Assembly: GCA_031428135.1 (NCBI GenBank)
Contig: JANPOT010000022.1
Location: 19,201-83,200, forward strand
DNA from: Pseudobdellovibrionaceae bacterium
GTDB taxonomy: Bacteria > Bdellovibrionota > Bdellovibrionia > Bdellovibrionales > Bdellovibrionaceae
DNA length: 64,000 nt
Direction of reading: 5' to 3'
Every line of letters begins with the position of its first letter. Within the stretch, counting starts at the first letter, position 1. Of the stretch, positions 47,316-56,162 are shown piece after piece. The notes under the pieces were generated by a model. It was given only the letters and a program-made list of their open reading frames with translations, was not told the DNA's origin and did no database searches. The position numbers and the translations under genes are program-made.

Positions 47316-50111
47316 TTACTTTCTGAAACGTAAATCGAGCTTTATTTCCTCGCACATCGCCGATTTTGTACGATCACAGCCTTCTTGTGAATCTTGGATA
47401 CAATATGAACGCTGGTCAGTTCTCCAGACTGTCGCCGTTTGACAATGGCCCATGACCAAAGCTTGTGGTGTTGTTTTCAGGCTTGGATCTGATCCAGACT
47501 CAGTCAATGCTTGAACATCAGATTCTGAAAATTCATTTGTATTAATTGTGTTTAATCGACTTTTTACAAATCTTCTTTGTCCAGCAGGATAGGATTCTGC
47601 AATCGTTAATGCGTTGATACGATCAGATGTTTTTGTCTCTGTCGAAAATCGATAATGCCCAGGCATAACAGAAATAAAATCAGTTGCTCTCATCGGAGCA
47701 CTGACCAACGTTCGCAAATACCTTTTTGGAAAAATATCACCTGGATAATCAACGGTTGCTTCTTGATATGTGCCGTTCGATTGAAATCGATATAAATCAG
47801 CCATATCCATCATGGCTTGTGCTCCGTTCATCGTTTCACAGACAAATAAAGCATGCTCGCGAATGTCTTTAGCTAAGACTAAATTATTTAAATTGTTTTC
47901 AGAACAAAAATTGTATGTTGAAGATGTTGCGATATCAACGTCACCCAATCCGGCCAAAGACAAATCACCATATGATCGGATCGTTTCGCGAAATAAATTT
48001 TGTCCTGAATAAAATTGTTGAAAATAAATTTTCTTCTGCTCAACCAAAGAACCTAAATCACGATAAGCTTTAATGTTTTTTTCTTTACTCATTGATGCTG
48101 GAACTGAAATTTTCTGCAGATCAATTTGCACAGATCCACCTGAATTAATATTTACAAAACCTGGATAAATCGTGTTTTCGAAACCTAAAATGTATGAACC
48201 AGCTTCTAAATTTTGGGCGGTGTTTAGTTCAAATTTGACAGGCGCCGAACATTTTCGATTTAATTTTTGCATCGAGGTTCGTGGATTAATCATTGATTCA
48301 GGCTCAGAACATTTTTGCGCAACGACCTGCGAATAATACTGATTCGCACCTGCTGTGCCTGAAACCATCAACCGACCCGTTCCAACTGCTGTGGAATTCA
48401 ATTTTTTTGAAAACTGATCAGACCGGCCAGGCAATGAAAGAGCTGTTGCTGAAATTCGACGGTCATGTAAATAATGGTCTTTCATAAATCGAACATGACC
48501 CGTGGCCGTTTTTTCAACCGTTAACGGAACTGTGTAAACTGCGCGAAATTCTTCGGGCGGCAATTTAACTCGAATGTTTGATTGAAAAACTTCACCAAGT
48601 GTTCCTTTTGAAATGACTGAATCAATATATTCAGGAGTATATTGCAGATTGTTTTTTAACAAATATTCCGCAAACCATTTAGCTTCAGACAACCTGACAC
48701 AGCCCGAACTTAAATGTCGATTGTTTTTTGAAAACAATGATGGATCATCGGTAAAATGCATGAAAATATCATCCGAATTACTTCCGTAAGTATTTTTATC
48801 CGCTGACATCGGAAACTTATATACCCCCAACGCATTTTTGGGTCCTGGATCCATTACAAAACTGTGCTTTCTGGCAATGGATCTTGAATTGTTTTTCCAA
48901 TCTAAAGTCGCGGGATCAACTTCGACACCCGACGAATTATCAATGATATGCATTCTGATTTTTTTTAAAAAATTAATGTCTTTTTGTATTTCTGGTAATT
49001 TATCCTGAAGAATTACACTGTCAGTTGCTGTCCATGTGGTATTCAAAACAACATGAGTCAACCATGTTTGCATCATTGGCGTTCGTCGCAGCGCCCTGCC
49101 ATTAATCGTGGACATTGATTTAATGACTTGATTATTCTCATAGACTTTCATTTCAGTCGCATTTGTATTTACAAATATCATATTGGGTTCTAATTTTTTC
49201 GGTAACCATCGCAGTTTTTCAAGCGTCGCTTGCGTTTGTAAAATCCGGGCATCAACAGAAACGCCAAAAATGGTCCATACACCAGAATCTGCTAATAAAT
49301 CTGAATTCACCAAATAGCCGTTTTCTTTTTGAATTTCTTGGATTGCATTTGATAATTCTTGATCATAGACCTGTCCAGATCCAGACAAATTGTAACCGTG
49401 CTGAATAACTCTTTCTCTGAGGGTTTGCACCACTGTATGTTTAGAATTCAATTTGAGATTCACTTTTGGATTCACAATGGATTTATACCCACCCTGTGAT
49501 TTGATCAAATTTAAAGTCGCTAAAATTTCTAAAGTGTTTTTGTAATACACATGTTCTGGAGCCAGTGTTTCAACAATCGGGGCCATCATCGAAGGCTGCG
49601 CCGATAAAGCTTGGGCCAATATACGGTAATCTGTAAATATTCGTTTTTTAAAACGCACGTCATTATCAATTGTTGTCGGCTCAATTCGTCCATCTGATAA
49701 ATCAGATGCCAGTCGAAGATATAAATTCGATAAAAGTAATTCTGCTGCGACTGTGTTTTCAGAATTTAAACTATTCAAATATGAATCAATTTCTGAATTA
49801 TAATAATCTGACGAAATCAGCCCATGTTTTAACGACAATTGATTCACCATTAATTTGTAAGCTTCAACAAATTCAGTTTTTAACCCATTTCGTATCCAGA
49901 TAGGTTCAAAATTTCGTTCGCTATACAATTTCATTAAATGATTTGTTTCAAATATATTTGAACCCGCCTTGAGCAGACTTCGCGAAGCCAATACATTTTG
50001 AATCGCCGATTGCGATTGCAGCACAGGGATCGTCGTTTGCGACATTGCCTGTGTGTTTGACAAAAAAATTGATACTGACAGTGCGCGAACAGCTAAGCTT
50101 TTCAACTTCAT
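47316..50111 (-). CDS. L,D-transpeptidase (YcbB/LdtD-like) with long C-terminal extension
   Basis: Scaffold and PG-binding regions, LEKLRW, PGPKNALGVYKF, FMHFT…SSGCVR; start reassigned to ATG 50111 (SD GGAG). Confidence 0.88.
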   Translation of the reverse strand: MKLKSLAVRALSVSIFLSNTQAMSQTTIPVLQSQSAIQNVLASRSLLKAGSNIFETNHLMKLYSERNFEPIWIRNGLKTEFVEAYKLMVNQLSLKHGLISSDYYNSEIDSYLNSLNSENTVAAELLLSNLYLRLASDLSDGRIEPTTIDNDVRFKKRIFTDYRILAQALSAQPSMMAPIVETLAPEHVYYKNTLEILATLNLIKSQGGYKSIVNPKVNLKLNSKHTVVQTLRERVIQHGYNLSGSGQVYDQELSNAIQEIQKENGYLVNSDLLADSGVWTIFGVSVDARILQTQATLEKLRWLPKKLEPNMIFVNTNATEMKVYENNQVIKSMSTINGRALRRTPMMQTWLTHVVLNTTWTATDSVILQDKLPEIQKDINFLKKIRMHIIDNSSGVEVDPATLDWKNNSRSIARKHSFVMDPGPKNALGVYKFPMSADKNTYGSNSDDIFMHFTDDPSLFSKNNRHLSSGCVRLSEAKWFAEYLLKNNLQYTPEYIDSVISKGTLGEVFQSNIRVKLPPEEFRAVYTVPLTVEKTATGHVRFMKDHYLHDRRISATALSLPGRSDQFSKKLNSTAVGTGRLMVSGTAGANQYYSQVVAQKCSEPESMINPRTSMQKLNRKCSAPVKFELNTAQNLEAGSYILGFENTIYPGFVNINSGGSVQIDLQKISVPASMSKEKNIKAYRDLGSLVEQKKIYFQQFYSGQNLFRETIRSYGDLSLAGLGDVDIATSSTYNFCSENNLNNLVLAKDIREHALFVCETMNGAQAMMDMADLYRFQSNGTYQEATVDYPGDIFPKRYLRTLVSAPMRATDFISVMPGHYRFSTETKTSDRINALTIAESYPAGQRRFVKSRLNTINTNEFSESDVQALTESGSDPSLKTTPQALVMGHCQTATVWRTDQRSYCIQDSQEGCDRTKSAMCEEIKLDLRFRK

Positions 50112-50220
50112 ACAGACTCCAAGTTTGTTGATACATACTTGGACATACAATTTGGTCGCCAGCTGAGAGCGTCTTAATTTGAGATAGCTGTCCAATGAAT
50201 TGACAGCTGACGACAAAACG

Positions 50221-51393
50221 TCAGCCGTTACCCAATATGGATTTAATATATTCGCTTTGATTAAATATTCGCAAATCAGTTATTTTTTCACCGACACCTA
50301 TTAATTTAATCGGCTTTTGCAGAACATCAACAACCCCTAATGCGACGCCACCTTTGGCCGTCCCGTCCATTTTAGTTAACACCACACCGGTAATTTCCAG
50401 TGCTTTGTTAAATTCGACGGCCTGGTTCAATGCATTTTGTCCAGAATTTGCGTCCAAGACAATCCATGTTTCATGTGGTGCCAAATCGATGACTTTGCTC
50501 ATGACGCGTTTTACTTTTTTTAATTCATCCATCAAATTATTTTGTGTGTGCAGTCTGCCTGCAGTGTCTAATATCACATAATCGAAATTTTTAGATTTGG
50601 CTTTAGTGACAGCATCAAAGGCCACTGCTGCTGGATCGTTCGTATTTTCGGGCCAAAAAATTTCGACAAGACCTTCAGCACCAGAATTACTGTTCGCACG
50701 ATCCGTCCAAACTTTTAATTGCCCACCCGCTGCCGCACGAAAGGTATCACCGGCCGCAACTAAAACTTTTTGGTTTAGAATTGCCAGCTGTGATGTAATT
50801 TTACCAATCGACGTTGTCTTACCTGCACCGTTGACACCGACAACCATCAGAACCGTTGGACCTGCAGCAGCTTTTGAAATCAAATCGATCACTGATTTTG
50901 ATTTTTTTTGTTCTTCGTGAACCGTAGATAAAATCAAATTCATTTCTGATTCAAGGGCAGATTTTATTTTTGATAAATCCATCATTTCAGATTTTGAAAG
51001 GTCCTCGGAAACTTTCGTCAATAATCTTTCGACAGTTTTTGGTCCCAAATCACTGGTATAAAGAATTTCTTCGATGTCGTCTAAAACTTTTTTCTTTTCG
51101 GTGTTGTTTTTAGTAAATGCATTTTTAATTCGGCCAAAAAAATTTTCTTCGGTTTTTTTTAAAGCGTCTGAAACTGTGGCTTCTTTTTCAGGAACAACGG
51201 TTTTATCAATAGGGGTCGGAAATTCTTTTTTAATTTCCTGCTGAACTTCAAACTTATTCTCAGATTTATTCTCAACTTCAACAGCCTTCGTTTTTTTCAA
51301 AAGCGAAATTGTGATCGGTATGGCAATAGCTAATATTAAAACGACGATGAAACCGACTAAATACATCATCATATTTTCTGTTGAACTGTTCAT
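50221..51393 (-). CDS. ftsY: Signal recognition particle receptor FtsY
   Basis: GVNGAGKTT, DTFRAAA, DTAGR, TKMDGTAKGG. Confidence 0.96.
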   Translation of the reverse strand: MNSSTENMMMYLVGFIVVLILAIAIPITISLLKKTKAVEVENKSENKFEVQQEIKKEFPTPIDKTVVPEKEATVSDALKKTEENFFGRIKNAFTKNNTEKKKVLDDIEEILYTSDLGPKTVERLLTKVSEDLSKSEMMDLSKIKSALESEMNLILSTVHEEQKKSKSVIDLISKAAAGPTVLMVVGVNGAGKTTSIGKITSQLAILNQKVLVAAGDTFRAAAGGQLKVWTDRANSNSGAEGLVEIFWPENTNDPAAVAFDAVTKAKSKNFDYVILDTAGRLHTQNNLMDELKKVKRVMSKVIDLAPHETWIVLDANSGQNALNQAVEFNKALEITGVVLTKMDGTAKGGVALGVVDVLQKPIKLIGVGEKITDLRIFNQSEYIKSILGNG

Positions 51394-51605
51394 TTTTCAT
51401 CCTTTAAAATGCCATAAGGGCAGTGCCTGCAATTATTCTTACAACAGTATCCGCGATTTTTTAAGAAATAACTGGTCATGACTTGGTAACCCGTCACTGG
51501 ATCAATATAGAAATCTTGTTTTTGTTCACAGGCTTGAGTATGCGCTTTTAAATATAAAGGGATTGATTCATCATCAATCCCTTTGAGCTGCTTGTCTTTT
51601 GACAT
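51390..51605 (-). CDS. Small Cys-rich protein (DUF5522-like)
   Basis: YIDP.TGY…RGYCCKNNCRHCPYG. Confidence 0.8.
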   Translation of the reverse strand: MSKDKQLKGIDDESIPLYLKAHTQACEQKQDFYIDPVTGYQVMTSYFLKNRGYCCKNNCRHCPYGILKDEK

Positions 51606-51608
51606 TAA

Positions 51609-54600
51609 TTACTGAATATCTGCCAAAGACACAGAAACCATCGTTGAAACTCCGCGTTCTTGCATTGTAACACCATATAATTTTTGCGCGACTTCCATCG
51701 TGTGTTTATTGTGCGTAACAACAATAATCTGAGACCGTTTGGCCATTTCTTTGACCAATTCATTGAATCGGAAAACATTGGCATCATCCAATGGCGCATC
51801 AACTTCGTCCAATAAACAATAAGGCGATGGCTTAACTAAGAAAATAGAAAATACCAATGCAACGGCTGTCAGTGCTTTTTCGCCACCAGACATTAATGAT
51901 ACGTTTTGCATTTTTTTACCCGGAGGCTTTGCAATAATTTCGATACCAACTTCGCTTTTGTCCGGGTCTTCAACAATTTGTAACATGGCTTCTCCGCCAC
52001 CAAACAAGACTGGAAAAACTTTTTGGAATCGCTCATTCACCAGATCAAAAGTTTCTTTGAATCGTTTTGAACAGATTTTGTTAATACGATCAATCACTTT
52101 GCGTAATTGTTCTTTCGCATCAGTCAGATCTGCGTGTTGTTTTGTTAAGAAATCATATCGTTCTTGGGTTTCAGAATATTCAGCAATCGCTGATAAATTG
52201 ACTTCGCCAATTTTTGATAATTTTTCACGAAGATCTTTCAGTTGTTCATCAGCTTCAGCTGGATTTCCTTCGCGACCTTGGTATTTTTCAATGATATCTG
52301 ATAAAATCAGCATGTATTTTTCACGCGTTTGATCAACCAGGTATTGCTCTTTCATTTTTGCTTGTTCTAATTTCAGTTGAGCATCATTCATTTTGGCTAA
52401 TCGTTCATTACGTTCACGTGAATTACGATTTACTTTGTCTTCAAGTTCACGAATATGAGACGTTTCAATTTCAAATTGATTTTTGAAATTAGCCATTTCA
52501 AGTCGCTTAACTTCGATGTCTGCAACCATACGTTCGAAATCAATTTTAGCTTGTTCTAATGCATAATGGCCATCAGACATTTGCGATGTATAACCGTCGG
52601 CTTCTTCGGACATTCGCGATAATTGCGAATTTAAATCATCAACTTGCTTTGTGACCATTTCAAGCTGGCGCGTCAGTCCTGCGTATTCTTGTGACTTTGA
52701 AGCAGCTTGAATTTGTAATTGCATCACTTCAGATTGTTTTTGTTCAAAACCGTCTTTCATTGATTCGTATTCAGTATTTAAGTCTGATACTGTCGATTCT
52801 AATTCGATTTTTTGTGTGCGAATTTGAATTAAATTTTCAGTCAACTCAGAAATTTTTTCGTCCATTGAATTGATTTGATCTGATAAACGGCGAACTTCTT
52901 TGTCTTGGCGTTCAACAGCATTTTTTGCTTGTTCTAGTTCGTTATCAGCACGTTCTAAATCTTTGCGAAATTCGGTCACTTTGATTTCTTGGTCTTGACG
53001 ACGTTTTTGCGCACCTTCAAAATCTGTGACGATATGATTTAATTGTTCTTCTGTTTTTTTCAAAGCCGCCGTAGCTAAAGCCAATTTACCAGCCCATTCA
53101 GATTTTTTATCAGATAATTCTTTGATTTCACGGCGGCGCTTTAATACACCAGATTCTGCAGATTCTTTTGAACCACCCGTTAAAATTCCGTCAGCTGTCA
53201 ATGTATCACCATCTGGTGTTACAAATGTCCAACCCACATAATCGGGGCGTAATTCAAGAGCCGTGCGTATTGAATCCACAATTGCAACGCCTGATAAAAT
53301 GTGCTGAACACTTTCAGAAAATTTTTCTTCAGATGTGACAACTTGATTTAATAAACCCAGAACACCTTTTTGATTCTGAGGATTGCTTTGAGTCAAGTTC
53401 TGAGCCGCTATTTCATTTGAATAAAAACTTGAACGTCCAGAATTGTTTTCTTTTAAATAATCAATGGCTTGTGTTGCATCGTTTTGTTTTGCTGACAATA
53501 GCATTTGTAATTTTGAACCCAGTGCGGCTTCCATTGCGATTTCAAATTCTGCAGGCACTGAAATGACTTCGGAAACTGGAAAAAATGATTCAGTCACAGT
53601 GCCATCGGCATGCATTTCTTTCTGTGATTTTGCCTTCGACCAAAGCATGACTTGCTTTACGCCTTCTTCGAAACCTTCAAAATTTGAATGCAGATTTTCA
53701 AGACCATACAGTCTTGAAGCTGTTTCGTTTAAATTGTCTTTGAACGTTTGAACTTCTTCGCTTTTTTTCTGAAGCTGTTCCGATAAAATTTTCTTATTCG
53801 CATCAAATGATTCAACGTCATTTGATAAGTCTAATTGCAATTGGCGATTTTGATCCAATTCTGTGCTGACTTTGCGGCGACGATTTTCAAAATCATGAGC
53901 TGTTTCACGTAATTCATTTAATTTAATTTCTTCGTCAGCAGACCGATCAGAAATTTCTTGGCGCTGAGCAGACATTGAATTTAATTTGGCATCTAATGAT
54001 GATTCAGATTGCCCCATTGCAAATTGGTCGCGGCGTTTTGTTGTTAAGTCTTCGTCGATTTCTGTATATCGTTTCTGACTGGCTGAAAATGCTTCTGATT
54101 TAGTGGCTGATTCAGTTGTTAAATATTCTGATTCTGATTTGAGTTCATCAGATTGTGCCTGTAATGAAATTTGATCACGCGACAATAATTCATGACGAGC
54201 TTTTTGTTCGTTTAAAATGTTTCCTGTCATTTGTTCATTGCGCTTGGCTTGCTCTAAATTAAAACGCAATTCTTGAATTTCTAATTCTTTTTTCTGGACT
54301 GCAGATTGGTGATTATAAAAATCTTGTTGTTTTATTTCAACGGCTTTTTCTTGTTCTAAAATTGTTAATTTTAAAGTTTCAAGAGTCGCTTTCATTTTCG
54401 ACAAATCGGCTTCTGATCCGACCTCGAGAGATTGGGCTTCATCAAAAATTTTCTGAGCATCGTCTGCAACACGCTTTAATTCGATGTATTGAATTGATGA
54501 TAACCACAATTCAAGATCTTCGATTTGTGTTTTAATATTTTTGTATCGTTCTGCACGTTGCGCCTGGCGCTGCAAAGAATCAATTTGGCGCTTTAATTCG

Positions 54601-55196
54601 CCAATGATGTCTTGTAAACGAACTAAGTTTTGGTCCGTTGAAATCAATTTACGCTGTGATTCTTTTTTACGAGCTTTGAATTTTGTAATCCCAGCAGCTT
54701 CTTCGATGAGCATTCGACGGTCTTCGGGTTTCGACGTGATAATTTTACCAATCATTCCTTGGGCGATGATTGAAAAGCCTTTTGAACCAGCCCCTGTATC
54801 CATGAAAATTTCTTGGACGTCTTTAAGCCTTGATGGTTCTTTGTTAATGAAATATTCGCCTTCACCATTACGATGAAGTTTACGAGTCACCATGATTTCA
54901 GAATGTTTTAAATACTTTGCTGGGAACGGACCGCCATCATTTTCAAGCGTCAGTGAAACTTCACACATACCCAGTGGCGCATAACCTTCTGATCCACCAA
55001 AAATAACGTCTGTCATTGTTGTCGCACGCAAGTCTTTGGCCGATTGATCGCCCATGACCCACATTAACGCATCAACGATATTTGATTTTCCACAACCATT
55101 GGGTCCAACAACGCCGGTAATACCTGCGTCAAAAGAAATAACTGTGCGATCTTTAAAAGATTTAAAACCAATAAGCTCAAGTTTTTTAATTCTCAA
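51609..55196 (-). CDS. smc: Chromosome segregation protein SMC
   Basis: GPNGCGKS, hinge, MSGGEK, LLDEVDAPLD. Confidence 0.97.
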   Translation of the reverse strand: MRIKKLELIGFKSFKDRTVISFDAGITGVVGPNGCGKSNIVDALMWVMGDQSAKDLRATTMTDVIFGGSEGYAPLGMCEVSLTLENDGGPFPAKYLKHSEIMVTRKLHRNGEGEYFINKEPSRLKDVQEIFMDTGAGSKGFSIIAQGMIGKIITSKPEDRRMLIEEAAGITKFKARKKESQRKLISTDQNLVRLQDIIGELKRQIDSLQRQAQRAERYKNIKTQIEDLELWLSSIQYIELKRVADDAQKIFDEAQSLEVGSEADLSKMKATLETLKLTILEQEKAVEIKQQDFYNHQSAVQKKELEIQELRFNLEQAKRNEQMTGNILNEQKARHELLSRDQISLQAQSDELKSESEYLTTESATKSEAFSASQKRYTEIDEDLTTKRRDQFAMGQSESSLDAKLNSMSAQRQEISDRSADEEIKLNELRETAHDFENRRRKVSTELDQNRQLQLDLSNDVESFDANKKILSEQLQKKSEEVQTFKDNLNETASRLYGLENLHSNFEGFEEGVKQVMLWSKAKSQKEMHADGTVTESFFPVSEVISVPAEFEIAMEAALGSKLQMLLSAKQNDATQAIDYLKENNSGRSSFYSNEIAAQNLTQSNPQNQKGVLGLLNQVVTSEEKFSESVQHILSGVAIVDSIRTALELRPDYVGWTFVTPDGDTLTADGILTGGSKESAESGVLKRRREIKELSDKKSEWAGKLALATAALKKTEEQLNHIVTDFEGAQKRRQDQEIKVTEFRKDLERADNELEQAKNAVERQDKEVRRLSDQINSMDEKISELTENLIQIRTQKIELESTVSDLNTEYESMKDGFEQKQSEVMQLQIQAASKSQEYAGLTRQLEMVTKQVDDLNSQLSRMSEEADGYTSQMSDGHYALEQAKIDFERMVADIEVKRLEMANFKNQFEIETSHIRELEDKVNRNSRERNERLAKMNDAQLKLEQAKMKEQYLVDQTREKYMLILSDIIEKYQGREGNPAEADEQLKDLREKLSKIGEVNLSAIAEYSETQERYDFLTKQHADLTDAKEQLRKVIDRINKICSKRFKETFDLVNERFQKVFPVLFGGGEAMLQIVEDPDKSEVGIEIIAKPPGKKMQNVSLMSGGEKALTAVALVFSIFLVKPSPYCLLDEVDAPLDDANVFRFNELVKEMAKRSQIIVVTHNKHTMEVAQKLYGVTMQERGVSTMVSVSLADIQ

Positions 55197-55409
55197 GAAG
55201 TACCTCGATGTTGAGTTTGTGAATCACTCTATAACTGTCCTTTGGTCGAGTGGATGTGTCAACATTGACGCGATGCCGCTGCGTTAAAATTTGAATTTGA
55301 TGATTTAAAAAATATGATTCTCTCTACAGCAAGAGAGCACTCAAGAAAAACTCTGATGCTCAGAATAGAGCTTCAGAATCGCTATTCTGCTTGAAACTTA
55401 AGAATTATT

Positions 55410-55426
55410 GGCCAGAGTAGCTGGCC
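55410..55426 (-). terminator. GC-rich hairpin downstream of the DUF2799 gene
   Basis: GGCCAG-agtag-CTGGCC. Confidence 0.4.
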
Positions 55427-55436
55427 TAAATATTTT

Positions 55437-56162
55437 TTAATCTAACGTCGCAAGCTCTGTTTGATGCTCTGTAATCTGTTTATTGAGAAGCTCATTTTTG
55501 TATCGAAGCTGACTGAGCTGGTTTCCAAAATCCATGGATTGATTATTCAACTGACTGCGTTCGCCCAAATAGGGATCAGCTTGCCCAGCAACAGCCTGGG
55601 GTAAAACACTCAATCTGCGATCAATATTTATTTTTTGCTGACTGACGCGGTTTAATTCAGAACTACTTTCAAGTTTTTTGGATTCAGCAAGACTGACTAA
55701 ATTCATTAAATATTTTTTTCGCCCTTTTTTGTATTCAGGTGTAAATGTTTTTTCAAAATTGGCTGCGCAGACGTTTTTATATTTTTTACCACTTTGACCG
55801 GCTGTAAAACCGTCCATACAGTAAGCTTTATTACCTTCTGCATGCTTATGTTTTAACAAACTGAACGTATTTCCGTCACAAAAATCAGAATTTAATGTAT
55901 CGCCCTGTTTTCCTGTTTGATAAGCCGTTTCAGGCTGACAATAACGAGACATACCAGCTTTGAATCCCACATCCAATTGGGATTCCGAAATCTCAGCTTC
56001 GGCCTTACGACAAAGACTAATTTGTGGATCGTTTGAGATACGATCACCCCGCAAAGCAGCATCAAAGCCCAATTGATACCAATTTAATTTATCACACTGT
56101 TGTCGAATTAAAAAATTTGTACAGCTTGAAAAGGCAAAAATTAATACGAGCCATTTTTTCAT
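55437..56162 (-). CDS. DUF2799-like lipoprotein
   Basis: FSSC lipobox; WYQLGFDAA..G, GMSRYC, repeated YC..G..AG; start reassigned to ATG 56162. Confidence 0.8.
   Translation of the reverse strand: MKKWLVLIFAFSSCTNFLIRQQCDKLNWYQLGFDAALRGDRISNDPQISLCRKAEAEISESQLDVGFKAGMSRYCQPETAYQTGKQGDTLNSDFCDGNTFSLLKHKHAEGNKAYCMDGFTAGQSGKKYKNVCAANFEKTFTPEYKKGRKKYLMNLVSLAESKKLESSSELNRVSQQKINIDRRLSVLPQAVAGQADPYLGERSQLNNQSMDFGNQLSQLRYKNELLNKQITEHQTELATLD

Noticed and set aside
50111-50216. Long N-terminal extensions in ORF-track starts (also at 1685, 9671, 19386, 36360, 44165, 56234, 60337, 62020)
   Set aside because: Downstream ATGs have better SDs or signal peptides, or match the family N-termini.
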